Of a stretch of 58,815 bases of DNA, positions 32,799 to 44,361 are shown piece after piece. The DNA lies in assembly GCA_032718475.1 (NCBI GenBank), contig JAUCBJ010002390.1:1-58815 (forward strand), written 5' to 3'. The position numbers were made by a program, and so were the translations under genes. Numbering within the stretch: the stretch's first letter is position 1; each line of letters opens with the position of its first letter. The stretch is from Nemertoderma westbladi. Taxonomy: Eukaryota; Animalia; Xenacoelomorpha. Under the pieces are notes generated by a model. It did not search any database, was not told the origin of the DNA, and saw only the letters and a program-made list of their open reading frames with translations.

Positions 32799-35700
32799 TT
32801 AAGTTGGGGAGTCCCTAGATGTCGGTTGGATTAGGGAAGTGGTCGTGGGATGAGAATCTTGCCTTCCACAGTTTCCGGAGAGTCCTCCATTCCCTTCCGG
32901 TAAACACAAACGACCGACTGGGTGATTGAGTCGCTGCATCCTGAATACAATTCCAGGTTTCCTCTTCGTCCTGGAATAGTGACGATAGAAACATCGCTCA
33001 AAGTATATGACGGCGTCACAAAGCCGATTCCAGGAGCTATAGTGGTCCGTCGCTCTCTGCAGGAGAGGTGAGAGTCCCTGCGAGACGTCTGATATTCCAG
33101 AGCTCCAATCGCTCTCTCTGATCTTCATGAAGGATCCACTCGCGGTGGGGAGGTCCAGATCCACGGCGTCGTCCCTGGCAATATGTAATACCGACAGATC
33201 TATCCCGGGTTCAAATAACTCCGATCCACACGTCCGGGTTTCAGGTTCGACTTTCTCCGCTCCCTTGGCTGGTATAATCTCAGTCGGAGTAAGATGGGGA
33301 GGCCATTCATTCTCCTTACTCAGGAAGTCGGGTTCACCTAATCGGTCTGTAGTATCTGTCAGTTCTTGAGGAGTTGCTCCTCTGGAAGCGATGTCCGTTG
33401 GATTAAACTTCTTGGGGCAATATCTCCATTGATCTACATTGGAGCTAAGATTGTCATTATCTGAGGAGTGTGGTGTTCCCTCAGTTGGGTCGTCTCCCTC
33501 ACTAGTATCATCTTCCCATTCACTCATCTGGCAGACGCGATCTTGAAGCAGTCTTTCCCTGAGCGTTCTACCGGAAGGTCCAGTAAGGTACCAACCTACT
33601 CTAGTTCTTACCGCATAGGTCTGTAGTGGCTGCGGTTGAGCAGGCCGTTTCTCTAATGTCTCCAGCGCCTCATGCGCGTTTTGGCCGATGAGTATTTGCA
33701 CTCCAGGATAATCAGTCTGGAATCGAGGTATGTTAAGATGTTGGATGCTCTCATCCTCGTCCCAATTATAAAGGTCTGCTTGAGTAGTAGCGAAGTTCTT
33801 TATAGCCACCATTTTCACTGACCTGATGCTATGTTCTCCTAGTTCGTCCTGGGGGGTGGACAACTCACCTATATAATAGTCGGCAGCTACAGTAGAATTC
33901 CAAACCTGCATGATCCCTGACATGTTTAGCTTGGTTCGGAACTTGGGTTGTCCAGCAAAGATGACTTCGGCTAGTTCTTTATCGATGAATGTTCCTGTGC
34001 TACCGGAGTCCAGGAGGGCGTTCACTATATAGCTCTTCTGAGGTCCGTAGACCCGTAACTGGACTACAGGAAATTCTCGGATTCCTATATTGGAAGTTGG
34101 CGCTTTCCAAGATGGTTGTTGATCGGAAGTAGTTAAGGTAAGGTCGCTGTCTGTGTCTTTCTCATACACGAGTGCTCGATACACTGCGGTGGTGTTTATT
34201 AGGTAACAGGATTCGTTTTGGTCGGAGAACTCGTCCGTATAGAATCCTTCCATCTCAGATTGATCAGTGTCGTTCACATCACTGAATTGGACATGTAGTT
34301 CGGACTCACTTACCTGACTCGGGCTGTTTCGTTCGAATTCCGTGTGCAACAAGATATGATGTTTTGCGCCGCACTTTGCACACCTTGCGTCGGAGTTACA
34401 GGTTCGCCGTTGGTGTCCTCGTCTGAGGCAATTATAACACAACCGCTTATCCCACATGACTTCACGTCTATCCTCGAGTGATTTCCTCAGGAATTTATCA
34501 CACGCATTTAAACGGTGGGGCCCGTCGCACAGCACACATTTCGGCTTGATGTTACTTACTTTAACCTGTGCTATGTGGTGCACACTTGTTCTTTCCTCGG
34601 GCTTTCTCACCTGAATTCTTTTAGGAGACGTAGGAAGGGTTTTTTGTACCGGTTCCCTTCTGTCATTGGGTCGATACTTGGATTTACTTACCTGATCTTT
34701 AGGCATTTTATTGACATAATAAGATCTGTCAGTGTCTTTCCCGCTGTCCTCTCCTTGAGAAGTTTGGCTTTCACCATCGTCGGTATAACATACTGGTGTT
34801 ACCCTTCTCCTAGAAACGGGTTTCTCACTTACCTTGTTTTCCAATGTCTTCTCTCTGGACTGCCTTAGGAGCTGTAATTTCACCTCGCTATCCAAGAATG
34901 ACATGAGATCAGCCATGGTAGGGTCTCGTTGTTGTTGTTCCATCATATATAACACTTTCTTATCCCAGCGTGTACCTACTCCACCCTTCGGTAAAGCAGA
35001 AGCCACTGCTCTAATAACCATAGCACTCTGATACTCATGAGACTTACCTAGCCAATCTAATTGTCTGCAGATCTCCTGAATTTCATCGGAAAACTCTATA
35101 ATCCCGCTGCTAATAAACTTTCGGGGCGCTACCAACTTTGCATACAAATACCCAGCTATGTTATTCCTATTACCATACCTGATGTTTAGTGTATCCCAAA
35201 CTTGTCTTAATCCGTCTGGATGTCCAATAAACCTTAACGCCATTAACTTGGGAGATCCTTCCAAGCACTCGATGAGGAATCTAAGTTTCTCTCCATTAGA
35301 CAGTACAGAGTTCTGTATGTTATCTTTGTAATATTCATTAAAAGGTAACCATTTCATCTCATCTCCATTGAACTTGACGATCTCTCCCACCTTTACCGCT
35401 TGCCGGGCTTCGGTTCTAGCCATTTGGCGTGTAAAACTTTCTTGAGCCATCGCATTATTGAATAGAGAATTATCGGTATATAAGTTTCTCGGATTATTAT
35501 CAAGTCTAGATGAGATATCATTATCAACAGGTTTATAATTACCCTTAATAGGGTTCACTATAGGAGTTTCTATTTCGCTAGCAGTATAGATGCGTGTAGG
35601 CTCCACACCTTGCGCATGGGATACTTCAGACCTAACGGGTTGACACATTGTTACAGGGGGTGGTGGTATACCCTTTTGTGTGTTCACTAATTTATCGCGT

Positions 35701-36869
35701 TCTAACGCGATACTTTGCTGCACCTTTTGCAACTCTAACCTACTTTCCCTTACTGTGCCCTTGAATTGCTGGACAGTCTCTTCCAACTCTCGGACCTGTT
35801 GGGAGGAGCGTATCCGATTCTCCTTCATCTCTCCAAGGAGAATATCCATCCCCCGCCGTCTCTCGTCTACCCAATCAACCGCCGAAACGGGATCCGCCAA
35901 CGTCGTAGCGGGCAGACGAGGGACAACGGGCGACAAATTTGGAATATTTCGCTCGGGGTCCAGGACCTGAACTGTCTCCTGGGCAGTTCTACGGGGCACA
36001 GGTAGCTTAGTGCTATGCAGAGGGAATTTAGAGGTAGTTTCAGGGAGCACAGGTGTGTCTATCACCGAAGGGGTGATTTCAAGAACAGGCCTAATTATTT
36101 CAGGCTCATCTACTATAGTAGGGAGTCTTTCTATTTTAATTATTTGGTCTGTGGGCTCTGTACTACCTAAGTTGGTGTTATTTAGTTGCCTTCTAACAGC
36201 TGGAGGCAAATCAGGCAATTTCTGACGGTGGAATGTTCTTTTACGTCTACTTAGACGAGATCTATTTCCTTTGCCTTCAGTATCGGTGGTATCGCCTTCC
36301 TCAGATGATGTAAATCCCTGTCTCTTGGAAGTAGTCCGACTTATCAGCTGCATATCACTAGCCGTTATCTGTTTATTTAAGTAATCGCGCTTCTCTTGAA
36401 GATTCTCCAACTCTAGTTGGACCTTTTCTTCAGATGCCCTCCGTTCCGCTTCTGCCACTGCCACTGCCGCTTTTGCCTCGGCCGCTGCCTCTGCCGCTGC
36501 CGCTTTTCTTTCAGCTTCGGCTACTTTCCTTTCCGCTTCGGCAGCTGCTACTGCTGCTTTCTTTCTGTCTTCTATACGTTTTTTCTTGACTTGTTGTTCC
36601 CATTCTCTAACGATGCGGATTCTTTCATCAATTTTCGCTCTATTCGCTGCCAACATTTCCGCATCTATTGCGTCCAACACAAACTTGGCTCCTTCGCTAT
36701 TAGGGTTAAGTCCCTCTAACCTTCTCCTCAACTCGTCATCACCTAAAAAACGTTGATAGTCTGACAGATAGATGTCAATGGCATCCCTCTTATGCGGTTT
36801 CTCTGCTGTCACTTCGCTCTCGGTTGTATCTAGTAGACTGTCTGACAGATTCTGCTTTGCGTCAGACAT
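32799..36869 (-). CDS. BEL/Pao Gag-protease polyprotein of element B (1356 aa)
   Basis: Same motifs as 16319-20878, plus the Pao pol remnants NPTDIASRG, YSSWNRL and HPVGRLCL. No RT or integrase core. Confidence 0.9.
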   Translation of the reverse strand: MSDAKQNLSDSLLDTTESEVTAEKPHKRDAIDIYLSDYQRFLGDDELRRRLEGLNPNSEGAKFVLDAIDAEMLAANRAKIDERIRIVREWEQQVKKKRIEDRKKAAVAAAEAERKVAEAERKAAAAEAAAEAKAAVAVAEAERRASEEKVQLELENLQEKRDYLNKQITASDMQLISRTTSKRQGFTSSEEGDTTDTEGKGNRSRLSRRKRTFHRQKLPDLPPAVRRQLNNTNLGSTEPTDQIIKIERLPTIVDEPEIIRPVLEITPSVIDTPVLPETTSKFPLHSTKLPVPRRTAQETVQVLDPERNIPNLSPVVPRLPATTLADPVSAVDWVDERRRGMDILLGEMKENRIRSSQQVRELEETVQQFKGTVRESRLELQKVQQSIALERDKLVNTQKGIPPPPVTMCQPVRSEVSHAQGVEPTRIYTASEIETPIVNPIKGNYKPVDNDISSRLDNNPRNLYTDNSLFNNAMAQESFTRQMARTEARQAVKVGEIVKFNGDEMKWLPFNEYYKDNIQNSVLSNGEKLRFLIECLEGSPKLMALRFIGHPDGLRQVWDTLNIRYGNRNNIAGYLYAKLVAPRKFISSGIIEFSDEIQEICRQLDWLGKSHEYQSAMVIRAVASALPKGGVGTRWDKKVLYMMEQQQRDPTMADLMSFLDSEVKLQLLRQSREKTLENKVSEKPVSRRRVTPVCYTDDGESQTSQGEDSGKDTDRSYYVNKMPKDQVSKSKYRPNDRREPVQKTLPTSPKRIQVRKPEERTSVHHIAQVKVSNIKPKCVLCDGPHRLNACDKFLRKSLEDRREVMWDKRLCYNCLRRGHQRRTCNSDARCAKCGAKHHILLHTEFERNSPSQVSESELHVQFSDVNDTDQSEMEGFYTDEFSDQNESCYLINTTAVYRALVYEKDTDSDLTLTTSDQQPSWKAPTSNIGIREFPVVQLRVYGPQKSYIVNALLDSGSTGTFIDKELAEVIFAGQPKFRTKLNMSGIMQVWNSTVAADYYIGELSTPQDELGEHSIRSVKMVAIKNFATTQADLYNWDEDESIQHLNIPRFQTDYPGVQILIGQNAHEALETLEKRPAQPQPLQTYAVRTRVGWYLTGPSGRTLRERLLQDRVCQMSEWEDDTSEGDDPTEGTPHSSDNDNLSSNVDQWRYCPKKFNPTDIASRGATPQELTDTTDRLGEPDFLSKENEWPPHLTPTEIIPAKGAEKVEPETRTCGSELFEPGIDLSVLHIARDDAVDLDLPTASGSFMKIRESDWSSGISDVSQGLSPLLQRATDHYSSWNRLCDAVIYFERCFYRHYSRTKRKPGIVFRMQRLNHPVGRLCLPEGNGGLSGNCGRQDSHPTTTSLIQPTSRDSPT

Positions 36870-38169
36870 GCTTATGTGTACAGTTGAATGTCTACTGCTG
36901 TATTACAGTTTGAGCAAGTCTAGTAACTCAGTATTAACTGCTAGCCTAGTAATTAATTACCGGTACTGCTACTCAGTGTAGCGGGATATATATAATATAT
37001 TAGAATACCGGTATGCTTATAGTATATATAACTATTATTACAGACTAGGTTTATCACAGAATACCGGTATAATTTTAGCACAAATATATATAAATATATA
37101 ATAGGCCTATCGGGAATACCGGTATACAGCTTACAGTTTGTAGTATATATAATTCTGAAATAGAATTTATTACACGTACCGGTATAATTTCAGCCTAGAT
37201 TTATAGAAATAAAGATAATAGGCCTATCGTAAATACCGGTATATCAATTATTTTAAAATAACTGAATTTCTGAACTTTAGGGTTACTTGGTTACTTTAAC
37301 TTACTTTATTACCGTTATTTAAGCAGTAATCCAACTGATATTGAGACCTAATGGTTTTATGGTAGGCCTACTATTTATAAATCGTTAGATTTGATTTATA
37401 ATGTATTTATACCCGTTTTAATGGGTTTAGTCAATGTTTGAAATAAATGTTATTATTTCTGGGGTAATCACTACACAAAGCGGTGCGCTTTTAGTGAAGT
37501 GTTACGTATAGGACACTAAAACAAATAATTCTAATTTACCTAAGTTACTTAATACTACAAATTACGTACAATTCGGGTTGAGATTACAATCTCTAAATAA
37601 ACACAAAAATTTACAAAAACGCAAATACGAAATTTTTAGGGTATTTTTACAAGAAGTCTACAAACCAGCCTAACAAAGGGTTAGAATTCTGGTTATTACA
37701 ACGGACAGGGTACTACGGTATTTGTAATAATAAGTAGTAGTAAATACACTGCGTTGTCCAGATAGAAAAATACCACCGCCTGACGACCTATAGCCGTATC
37801 GCTATAGGTTCTACGTTATGTATCACGGAGTGTTCCTACCTAGAAGTTAATAGAGCTAATCGAATGTGCCTATCAACCACTTTACAACACAGATATAATG
37901 TCTACAATAATTACTTCGGAAAGTACTGTACACTAAACCCTAAATTAGGTACGAGTACTTGTACAACAAATAATCAGTAGTTAAATATACTTGAACAGCT
38001 AAAAGAACCACGGCATCTGCTGGAGTGACCGATGCACAAAATCACCAGTCTTTACCTACGCCGAGCAGCCCGTGTAGTACCGGGGTTAATTTAACTATAG
38101 CGGTATGTATAACAAACACAATTACTGTAGGAACAAACTTGGGGAATGAATGTTGCGGATAATCGCATA

Positions 38170-38710
38170 AACTCTGAATAATAAATATTACGCTACGCGT
38201 ACAAACTACTCAAACAAAATGCAGACCGAACACTGACAGACTATTATCAAGCCTAAACAAACTACGGTATATGCAGACTCCGAAATGATTAGGGAGTATG
38301 CGCTCTAACCCAGTAGTGCGACTTATTCTTTAGTTGGGGGTTTACCTTACCGCGTTCGCTGCCCCTACTTCCTAACCGTACTTAATCGGACAAGTGATCT
38401 ACACACGCTGCAATCCGCTCAGACCTAATAACAGCCAGACAACTATCCAGCCTACAAATTATCTAAATAAAATTATACGCTACCCGTACAGACTTACACA
38501 AACAAAGTACAGACCAAACGATGGCAGACCACTCTCAAGCCTAAATAAACTACAGGACATGCAGACTCCGAAATGATTAGGGAGTATGCGCTCTAACCCA
38601 GTAGTGCGACTTATTCTTTAGTTGGGGGTTTACCTTACAGCGTTCGCTGCCCCTACTGCCTAATCGTACTTAATCGGACAGGTGATCTACACACACTGCA
38701 ATTCGTTCGG
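38170..38710 (-). repeat. 288-bp-period tandem duplication in the leader of element B
   Basis: ATGCAGACTCCGAAATGATTAGGGAGTATGCG at 38271 and 38559. Confidence 0.88.
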
Positions 38711-39059
38711 ACTTAACAGCAATCAGACAACAGCTCAGCCTACAAATCGTCTGTACAATCTGATCAGGCTTACACGCCTTCTGTTCAATACTGTCCTACA
38801 AATAAATAAAACTTGACAGAAATAAGTAAAATCTCAATAAAAAATCAGGGCGGCCGTTCCCTGATTAAGTACTAAGACCTACCGGTATACAACTATCAAA
38901 ATCGAATAATACTGCTGTACCTGTACTGCTGTAGGTACCGGTCCGGGTGGTTAGGTAGTCAGGCCTACTGGTACCGGTTCTGGCAGTTGGGCCTACTGAC
39001 CTACAGATGTACTGGTTGACCGGTACTTTCAACTTTATTGCTTACTGCAATAAAGAAGC

Positions 39060-39071
39060 TATATCCTTTAA
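39060..39071 (-). promoter_or_regulatory. Non-tRNA primer-binding site of element B (sense TTAAAGGATATA)
   Basis: Abuts the 5' LTR end at 39072. Complementary to the LTR-internal 12-mer at 39832-39843 (also 29338-29349). Confidence 0.75.
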
Positions 39072-41563
39072 TGTTCGCGCTTTCAGACCTTTGGCAGTTT
39101 AACCCACCAAATTAAGATGTCTTCTAGATATTAAATCGGTTTTTAGTCTATGACAAGTATTTGATTCACTACACTAGTCGAAACCAATCTGTGCGCGATC
39201 ATTCACCCGCTGGATATTCCCGGGAGATTGGGTTCGACGGTTTAATTTTATTGCTATGTAAGCCTAATGTATTATTCGACTGACAGTACTATATAATCTC
39301 TGACAATATTATTCACCTTCGGTAATATTAACAGTTCCTTAAGGACGTGGCGCTTTATCTATATAAACAGAGTTATGACTTAAACTACTCACAACGATAT
39401 GGCTTAATTATAATTCACATATATGGCGCATTCTTTAGGAATGCTTCTTTAACAGACTCACTCATACACAATGCTGCACAATACTGCACACTAATCTGCC
39501 GATCTTCACTGATTTTAGTCACATATAAAAGGAACACAGACTGACTCATGTAGGGTCTATCAAATAACATTAGATTCACTTCAAACCACTTTAACATAAG
39601 TCACAATCGTTTATCTGTAACCTTTCTCTCTTACCTTCGGTATATCAAGAATATTGGGTTTCGGGGTTATTTATCGTTATTCCAAATATAATAATTCATC
39701 AACCATATTATGAAGAACTGACGGTAAATAGCAGTATAAAACAACAATGAAAACACTGATTGTTATGAGTTTGCAATGTTTCAGCAGTCAGTATGTATGA
39801 TCAGTTAGCAGTGATTCCATGAGTCAGGTAGTTAAAGGATATATGCCCTTTATAATTAAACCTACTAGTGTAAGACTAAAAACTGAAAACACGGAGGTGC
39901 CAAAGCCGGTTCTTAGGCTCTGGGCAAAAACATAACACTGAACTACTGAGTTTCTGTATATACCTCCAACACAGAAAAAACAAACGCTCTGATTGGTCAA
40001 CCTGAACAACGAGAGAACAGAGAAACAAAGAAACGTCGACGTGGCAATATCAGCTGCTAGCCGTCGTCATGGTAGCGACACTGTTTTCAAGAGTATCGAG
40101 CTTTTACGTCACGGAATTACGGATTATGTCCTCTAAAGTATAAATACAGAAGAAATAGCTTTTATGTCCGCTAAAACACCAGTACAGCAAGGACACGGCC
40201 TTTTTATGCCTGGTAAACCAACTACAGTCCCTATCTCATTCTAGATGCCGTTTCTCAAACTGGGTACCTTTTCTCTTACCTCACTCTTAACTCAAACCTG
40301 TCTGGTTTACTCAAACCCAACTCAAACTCGTGTAACCACCCACTGTGCACTGTGTAGCATTCATACAACAAGCTGTCTGTGTTTAATGGCCCACTCGCTT
40401 CTGTTATACTCTGCCTACGGGTTTGATGGTCTCCTGCTGTTATAACATTCCCTAAACTTAATTTGTTTGTGTGTAATTAACTCCAGTAGACAGTGAGAAT
40501 TAAGTTGCAGACTCAGTGACTCAAATTATTTTTATATTTCAGAATAAAAAAATTATATGTTAAATTATTAAACTGAAGATTTATTAATTTTTATTACATT
40601 TATTAAGTATGTATGACTCATAACATATTAACGTTATTTTACATTAAAATATAACCATATAATATAACCAACCAATTTTATAAATTTATTTTAATGTCGC
40701 GTATATTTCGCTAATGTTTCTAATGTTTAACTTTAATGTTTTACTAATGTTTTACTAATGTTTTACTAATGTTTTACTAATGTTTAATTCTCTATTACAT
40801 CGTCAACACAATTATTCGCAATACATCCGGGTGTGGGTATACAGGGCAAAGGGGCCAGAGGAAACCTCCAATTATAGACAGGGCCATATTTATGGGGGGG
40901 GGGGGGGGGGGGGGGGGTGTTGCGAGGTCCCATATGCACTAATAATTCTTAATTAACCATTCGATTTTTAAACTGATATGTCTTGTAAGGCACTAATTGA
41001 CATCAAACAGACAGACAACAGAGCACCAATTTCCCACAACAATATTCCCAGAATTAAAACTTTCTCTACAAGCAGACCGAGCCAGTGTGGTTTAGTTAAC
41101 AACATACATTTAGTAAAGCCCACAAAGGAACTGCGTGATTGACATGTCTTTTATGAGACACACGCAAGCCGGCCTGCCCAGCTTATGTAATTCAACCCAT
41201 TATCTCAAGAGCCCAAGCAACAGACAGAGGCCCCTTCCCATGTGGTGCCTCACTCAACCAGAGTAATTATCCATCCCGTACAGGAAGAGTAATGCTGAGT
41301 ATGGCACAGTTGGAAGTCAACCTAACTCAAACCATGGCGCCAGACTCCAGTTTGAGTTAGATTGAGCTGGCTGCATCTTTCTGATTTCTCAACTCTTACC
41401 CCAGTCTTACCTACTGAAATTCTCCGTTGACTATCATGAGTAAAAGGTTTGAGAAATGATACCCAGTTTGAGAAATAATATTCAGAATGAGATAGGGACT
41501 GTACAGAGTACTTTACGGGAAAATAAGGAAAAATAACCGGACAATTCAGTAAAAGCTTTTACA
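39072..41563 (-). repeat. 5' LTR of element B, interrupted by a MITE
   Basis: 39072-40224 plus 41504-41563 rebuild the 1213-bp LTR. Confidence 0.95.
40225..41501. mobile_element. Tc1/mariner-type MITE, copy 2 (1277 bp)
   Basis: 18-bp perfect terminal IR CAGTCCCTATCTCATTCT and TA TSD (40223-24 and 41502-03). The empty site is visible in the other LTR (ACTACAGAG at about 29727). Confidence 0.96.
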
Positions 41564-41664
41564 CATTTGTCTGATAATCAGATACCTGACATAAACCGAT
41601 ACTTGCCTAACAACTCAACCCTACCGGACTGCCGGACCTGAAATGAAAAATCATTGTTATCAGG

Positions 41665-41876
41665 ACTGCTACGCGTAGCACCTACGCGTAGCACCTACGC
41701 GTAGTTTCAAAATACTTACGCGTAGTTCCAAAATAACTACGCGTAGTTTTAAAACACCTACGCGTAGTTGTTAAAAAGGCAGTAAGTCAGGCCCTACCGG
41801 TAAATGACAGGAATGGAAGTTACAAACTACGCGTAGCTACGCGTAGGCCTACGCGAAGGTCGAAAAGATTTACCCT
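41665..41876 (-). repeat. TACGCGTA-rich repeat, same family as 8995-9345
   Basis: About 7 CTACGCGTAG palindromes ending in GGTCGAAAAGATTTACCC. Confidence 0.55.
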
Positions 41877-42034
41877 TATTTCTGTATTTGGGGTTTTTGA
41901 AACGCAATAATTTTTATTGTCCGTTTAAATCCTTTTTTATCCTTTTTTTTACTTTTTATGTCCTCCAGAAATCTACCGTTAGGTTCCATGCTACCGGTTT
42001 CTCTACTGCTGTTCTCTCAGACTATCAGTACCGG

Positions 42035-42970
42035 TGTAACAGGAAAATATGCCCCCCCGGGAAATGTGCCCGGGGGGGCATATTTTCCTAGGAAAAAATG
42101 CCCCCCCGGGCAAATTTCCCTAGGAAAAAATGCCCCCCCTTAGGAAATTATGCCCCCCCTGAATTATACAATAAACAAAACTTATTATTACTAAAACTTA
42201 CAAAAATTATACAAAACAATAAACAGTCACTTTACCAAATGAAGGAAAGGAGCAGGTTTACAGAGGCAGGCCTTTCTAACCAAAACAATAAACGATCATT
42301 TAACTAATTGAGGGCTGGAGGGAAAGGAGCAGGTTACAGAGGCGGGATTTTCTAACCAAAACAATAAACAGTCACTTTAGCAAATCAGGGAAAGGAGCAG
42401 GTTACAGAGACAGGATTTTCTAACCAAAACAATAAACGATAACATTACCAATTGAGAGAAAGGAGCAGGTTACAGAGGCGGGATTTTCTAACCAAAACAA
42501 TAAACAATCACTTTACCAAATCAGGGAAAGGAGCAGGTTACAGACTTAAAAAAGCTTGGAGCTGCTCGGCGCCCACACAACACCACACACTCGCACTGCT
42601 GTTTATACCAGTACTTACTACAGTAGCCTGGTAGCCTACTGACTTAGATACTTCAGTATGCTGTTCTACATCCCCTTACTGCCTTACCTGCTTACCTACC
42701 GGCAGACCGGTACCGTACTATTCTTCCAACTATTACAAGTTCAGAAGTTCTGCAGTTGGTAGATTAAAAGTGGCTACCAGCAGACCGGTATCGTACCAGT
42801 TTTCAGACTTTTGAGGGGGGCTAATTTTCCTGTGGGGAGGCATTATTTCCTAAGGAGAAAATGCCCCCCCGGGCTAAATTTCCTAGGAAAAATTGCCCGG
42901 GGGGACATAATATCCTAGGAAATAATGCCCCGGGGGGCATATTCTAGGGGGGGCTGATTTCCTTGTGACA
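42035..42970. mobile_element. Ginger1-like non-autonomous DNA transposon (936 bp)
   Basis: CCGG|TGTAACAGGAAA ... TTTCCTTGTGACA|CCGG, with long imperfect GC-rich TIRs. The empty-site homologue CAGTACCGGTATTAG is at about 43067. TGTNR ends with a CCGG TSD are the Ginger1 signature. Confidence 0.7.
42212..42544 (+). repeat. About 5 copies of the 68-bp unit inside the Ginger-like element
   Basis: Same unit as 12040-12945. Confidence 0.9.
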
Positions 42971-43244
42971 CCGGTATTAGTTTTTTTTTTGACTTTTTAT
43001 GTCCTCCAGAAATTTACCGTTAGGTTCCATGCTATCGGTTTCTATACTGCTGTTCTCTCAGGCTATCAGTACCGGTATTAGTATATAGAGCACTATTTTG
43101 TAGTATTGCATGTACAGATGTACGGTAGGTATAAAGCAGGTATTTTAGGTATTTTAGTACCGGTACCGGCACCGGTACTGCTGTGTAGGCCTACTGTGTA
43201 GCCTACCATTTAAATGCGGTACTGGTAGGCCTACCGGCTGACCG

Positions 43245-43450
43245 GTTGTTTTGGTTAGAAAATCCCGCCTCTGTAACCTGCTCCTTTCCCTGAATTTGTA
43301 AAGTGACCGTTTATTGTTTTTGTTAGAAAGGCCCGCCTCTGTAACCTGTTCCTTTCCTTCATTTAGTAAAGTGACTGTTTATTGTTTTGGTTAGAAAATC
43401 CCGCCTCTGTAACCTCTGCTCCTTTCCCTGATTTGGTAAAGTTACCGTTT
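43245..43450 (-). repeat. About 3 inverted copies of the 68-bp unit
   Basis: TTGTTTTGGTTAGAAAATCCCGCCTCTGTAACCTGCTCCTTTCCC is the reverse complement of the unit. Confidence 0.9.
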
Positions 43451-44165
43451 ATTGTTTTGGTTAGAAAGGCAACCCCCGTCAAAATCACAAACTCTTACAC
43501 CTACCTAGGCGTTGTTTTTCAACCTACTCTTTCATTTTCCCAGCATATCCTTAAGGTATTCATTCACTAAATCTCTAGCAGTAACTCGTTCCATAAAGAA
43601 CCCACGATTGTTATCTGTTTCGACAGCCATAAAGCTTTTTAACATTAAAATTCTACCGATTATTTCCTACAGTTTACTCGCTATTTAGCCCCAATTAACA
43701 GTAGCAAATTTTACAATGATTGACAGAATTAAGGCAGTATTCTTAAAAAGAGTTTTAGGCGTCCACAAGAGCTCGAAAATTCGGTTGGTCTTCGCTCTGT
43801 GCCAGGAAACCCACTTGGCAAAAGAACTACAATCGAATATGAATTCTCCTGCGACCAATGAATTCAAAAAATACATCGGCACAATCGAAGAAAAACACAG
43901 ATCAACTCGGACTTCTGGCCCGCCCGTGGATTTATAAACAGGAACTGGACCGAGCCAAGATCTGAATCCAGACACGTAATCGCATACTTCTCGATTCACG
44001 GCTTTCACCATCTGGTCTGCCAATCTAATGTTTTCCACGATATTTCCCCAGATTGCCGTTGCAAGTTGTGTCGGTGGAGCGGCTCCTCTTCTACACTTGC
44101 TGGATTGTCCAGGAAAATTCGCGCATCCTTACTGAGTTAGCAACCAAGATCAATCCTCAGTTGTA
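43450..44165 (+). mobile_element. Decayed 5'-truncated LINE (late RT/thumb region and Cys/His C-terminus)
   Basis: SYTYLGVVF; FNIKILPIISYS; IDRIKAVFLKRVLGV; RHVIAYFSIHGFHHLVC...CRCKLC, spread across frameshifts. Confidence 0.75.
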
Positions 44166-44361
44166 ACGTAATCAAGGAATCATAAATTTTCGTGCTTTTT
44201 AATACTTTTTACATAATTATTTATTTGTCTATAATTTAACCTTTTACTGCCCAGTTGTTCTTTAAGTATCGCTTCCCTGGCTTGTTAATTAAAATATATA
44301 ATAATCATAATCAGACTTTTCAGATTTCCGATCTTTACACTGGGTGTTTCTACTGTAATAG

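Larger units (their letters stand above)
28578..41563 (-). mobile_element. Element B: related non-autonomous BEL/Pao-type LTR retrotransposon with decayed ORF2 and a MITE in its 5' LTR
   Basis: LTRs at 28578-29790 and 39072-41563 (interrupted); TSD CATTT at 28573-28577 and 41564-41568; collinear with element A. Confidence 0.95.
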
